Source: Macrostomum lignano
Lineage: Eukaryota
Direction: 5' to 3'
Length of the DNA: 64,000 nucleotides
Assembly: GCA_002269645.1 (NCBI GenBank)
Contig: NIVC01002599.1
Span: 94,144 to 158,143, forward strand
The notes beneath the pieces were generated by a model, which searched no databases, was not told where the DNA came from, and worked only from the letters and a program-made list of their open reading frames with translations. This document shows, in pieces, positions 61,101 through 64,000 of this stretch; the stretch's first letter is position 1; every line of letters starts with the position of its first letter. The position numbers were made by a program, and so were the translations under genes.

Positions 61101-63522
61101 GCACGGCACTGGTGACGGACTCAGCGCTGAGCCGGGACGCCAGCTTGCCTCTGTTGAGCAGGCCGTCCAGCAGGGGAATTCGGGCAGCCTGCTGTGTCCG
61201 CAGATGCGGCTGCACCTGTGATAGTTTTAACAGTTGGAAACAAGCACGACAGGATGATGACATCGTAACGGTATAGATTTTAGCTTATTCTTGAGCATTT
61301 TCTCAATCCAAAATGCCGTCTCAAAGTCAATGAGAAAATCTTCCTCTTTGAGTTAACTTCCCTTGGGAACTGAACCCCAGCTGAAATCTTGGGCAATCCG
61401 ACCTGTGCGTGGGCCGAGTCCTAATTGAAAACGGCAGTTGCCAGAGCGAGTAACCTGCCAAGTACCTGCCAGTCTGTCCAGTCCTTATCAGATTTTGCTG
61501 GATTATAAACCAAAACCTCCTTCAACGACTGTTATATCCCATGACTGCGATGGATGAACAGTTTACGTCCGTGTTATAGTTTTTCAGCATTTACTTTTCT
61601 CGCAAGAGTCGCCCGATTGCAAAGTAATCGAGCCAACTACAATTGTACTTCTATACCCAAAGTCATAAATTATATTTTTCGCCAATAGAGATAATGTTTT
61701 TTTTTTATAAACTCAACGGCGAAAATAAGGTAAAACGTGCAGTAAAAATAAACAGAGAGTCGGATTCAAATGCACCAGAGGCAGTGAGGAGCGAATATAT
61801 CTATTTAGCACCTAAATATCATCTCGGGGCCGCATCTTACGCTCAGAAACTCTCGCAAACTGACAGAATATTGCGGGTGAGAAGAGGGCGGCCACCTCCC
61901 TCCCTCTCCTCTGGCGACAATTGAGTTAGTTCGCATTGAGCATTGTTGCTCAATCTGTGCCAAAAGAAGGGAGAGAGAGACGGAGCGCTCGATCTTTCGA
62001 AAGAGCCGACCCTGATGAAAGAAAAGACCCAGCGGCTGGTCCGCAGCTTCTTCATTCTTTTGATGGCGGCTTGAAATTAACTCAGCCCAACCCCCACCTG
62101 CAAAGCGCTGACAGGTGCGACAAACTGGATTTCATACAGCGAAAAATAGATTTGACAGTTTGCCAGGCCTGGACAGACTGGGGCAGGCGGCGTGCAGCTT
62201 CTCAGATGAAGCTATTCATTTATTCATTCATTCACACGCCGCATGCTGAGAATACTTTAATTTTTGACCCACTGACAGGCACGCGCAATAATAGCTAGAA
62301 TGCTGAGGTTCTCAGAGTTGCTATGCTCGTATTGTAAAAAAAATTGGACACTTCATCAGACAGACTAACTGTGCGTGAAATTAGTGATCTGGTTTAATTA
62401 AACCAGCAATACGGCTTGTTGTCTATGGCTTACAGCAATTACAGCACTTTTCAGACCCCTTAGAGAAGTATACTATTTAATACCCTCTAATTTCGTCTTC
62501 TATGGAAAAGAAAGTCCGAGGATGCACTTTATCAGGCCGAGGCGAAGCCGGGGTCTGAGAATAGCGTCCGAGGGCTTTCTACCATAGAACACGAAACTAG
62601 TGAAACTAGAACACGACGGGAGCGGAGTGCGTTGGCGTTGCCAAGGCTTGTGTATATGGTTTTGGAGGTAGACAATGATTGTCTTTAACAGTATTGACAG
62701 TATTGTCTTTTTCAACAGAAAAGAAAGGCCTCGTTAAACGATACATTATATAGTTTTAGTAAAGAAGGTTAATAAGAAAGACTATAGAATTAAAAGCAAA
62801 TATTTAAATAAAACTCTGCTTCTCTTTCTTCTGCTCAGTGAGGAAGAGGAAAGGGAAGGCGCGGGTGCCGCTCGGCTGTGTGTGTGGAATTCTGCCGGCA
62901 TCAACTGACACGCAATAAAACACGTCAGGTAGGCAATACAAGGTTGGCAAGCGTGCAATTTTACCCTGCGTAGAGAGCCAGCAGGTCCGACAGGCTTCTG
63001 ACAATTCAGAACGGACACTGCCGGCCAGAGAGTCGCCTGCAAGTGCAAGTGTGCGGAAGCTGAGGCTGAGTCGGGAGTTGCATGGCATAATTGAGGCGCA
63101 GGCAGAGAGGGAGAGGCTGAGGGGTGAAACGGGCCGCGGGAGACCTGATCACGTGAATGAGGGAAGGGGTTGCTTTTTTCCAAACGGAGCGGGAACGCTC
63201 TTTTAGTGGTCAGCCCGTCTACCTGCCTTCCTCTCTGCACCTGCCGTAGCTATTGATTCAACACAGCCAACAGCCAGCTAAAACATGTAATTGCCCCCCC
63301 CCATAAAATGATTTGTTATTCCCAATTGACTTGACAAGTAGCCCCATGCTATTTCTTACTTTCTACTGGCAGTAGCTGAGGAAGATATTTTCAGCAAATA
63401 AATTGAATGAAAATTTCTTATTGGCCCACTTACGTGGATGCAGAACGGCGCGTCGAGGCCGACAGAGCCGACGGGAGCGGAGTGCGTCGGCGTCGCCAGG
63501 CTGGCCTGACGCAGGCACAGAC
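58168..63522 (-). CDS. Same gene, upstream exons including a PX-like domain (63522-63434, 63036-62965, 62211-62098, 61215-61088, 59528-59390, 59305-59256, 58310-58168); continues beyond window
   Basis: All seven exons have GT-AG ends and chain with consistent phases (1-0,0-0,0-0,0-2,2-0,0-2,2-1). The spliced product contains LWLPLPHLTQKP...SIQSWLLVELPEPVRRSADIVEFF, resembling a PX-domain C-terminus. The three most upstream exons are less certain. Confidence 0.55.
60138..61050. repeat. 33-bp minisatellite (~28 copies) in an intron of the SAM-domain gene
   Basis: Unit ttgcagaaccctactcagcacctaaaacaccgg; begins 37 nt from the minus-strand donor at 61087. Confidence 0.97.
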
Positions 63523-63609
63523 CTGCGGGTTGTTGGGAGTATCAACTACTTGAGCGCTCAGCTACTTTTTCGGTAGTACGCAGAGGGGTCCAATGGAGCC
63601 ACACCAAAG

Positions 63610-64000
63610 GGACTGACACTGAAGTGACTGACACTGAAGTGACTGACACTCACTGAAGTGACTGACACTGAAGTGACTGACACTGTGATGAAGACCAGAA
63701 GGTGACTGACACCGAAGGGACTGACACTGAAGTGACTGACACTGAAGTGACTGACACTGAAGTGACTGACACTGAAGTGACTGACACTGAAGTGACTGAC
63801 ACTGAAGTGACTGACACTGAAGTGACTGACACTGAAGTGACTGACACCGGAAGTGACTGACACCGAAGTGACTGACACTGAAGTGACTGAAACCGAAGTG
63901 ACTGACACTGAAGTGACTGAAACCGAAGTGACTGACACTGAAGTGACTGACACTAAAGTGACTGACACTGAAGTGACTGACGCTGAAGTGACTGACACTG
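63610..64000. repeat. 15-bp minisatellite, truncated by the window end
   Basis: Unit gactgacactgaagt. Confidence 0.96.

Noticed and set aside
60138-61221. PVAEPYSAPKT-repeat ORF resembling a mucin/adhesin
   Set aside because: 33-bp array in an intron of the opposite-strand gene; no signal peptide or splice support.

Overview
Eukaryotic (metazoan) genomic DNA with spliceosomal introns, GC-rich poly-Q/A/G coding exons and very dense repeats. The style suggests the flatworm Macrostomum, but that is inference only. I found no prokaryotic operons, CRISPR arrays, rRNA or intact tRNA genes. Genes: a short CEP164-like WW/coiled-coil gene, a PLAC8/cornifelin gene, two divergent TRPV-like channel paralogues, a complete 5-exon TOP3A, a small PPxY-motif single-pass membrane protein, a minus-strand Smaug/ZCCHC14-like PX+SAM gene running off the right edge, and weaker candidate exons at 43.6-55.6 kb. 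Mobile elements: a decayed Harbinger (transposase plus MADF/BESS ORF), a mariner deletion derivative, a young 5'-truncated RTE-like insertion with a 12-bp TSD, an RTE-like element with an inverted 5' half (twin-priming geometry) nested in a TIR element, a Crypton-like fragment, hAT MITEs and a tRNA-headed SINE. About a quarter of the window is tandem repeat, comprising 13 different minisatellite units, each used in only one array and often filling an intron. Most notable: (1) the two TRPV-like paralogues are ~98% identical over ~630 bp of N-terminus, then diverge abruptly before the transmembrane domain; (2) private intron-filling minisatellites; (3) the twin-priming-like inversion in a non-L1 retrotransposon. 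All exon models and alignments were made by eye.
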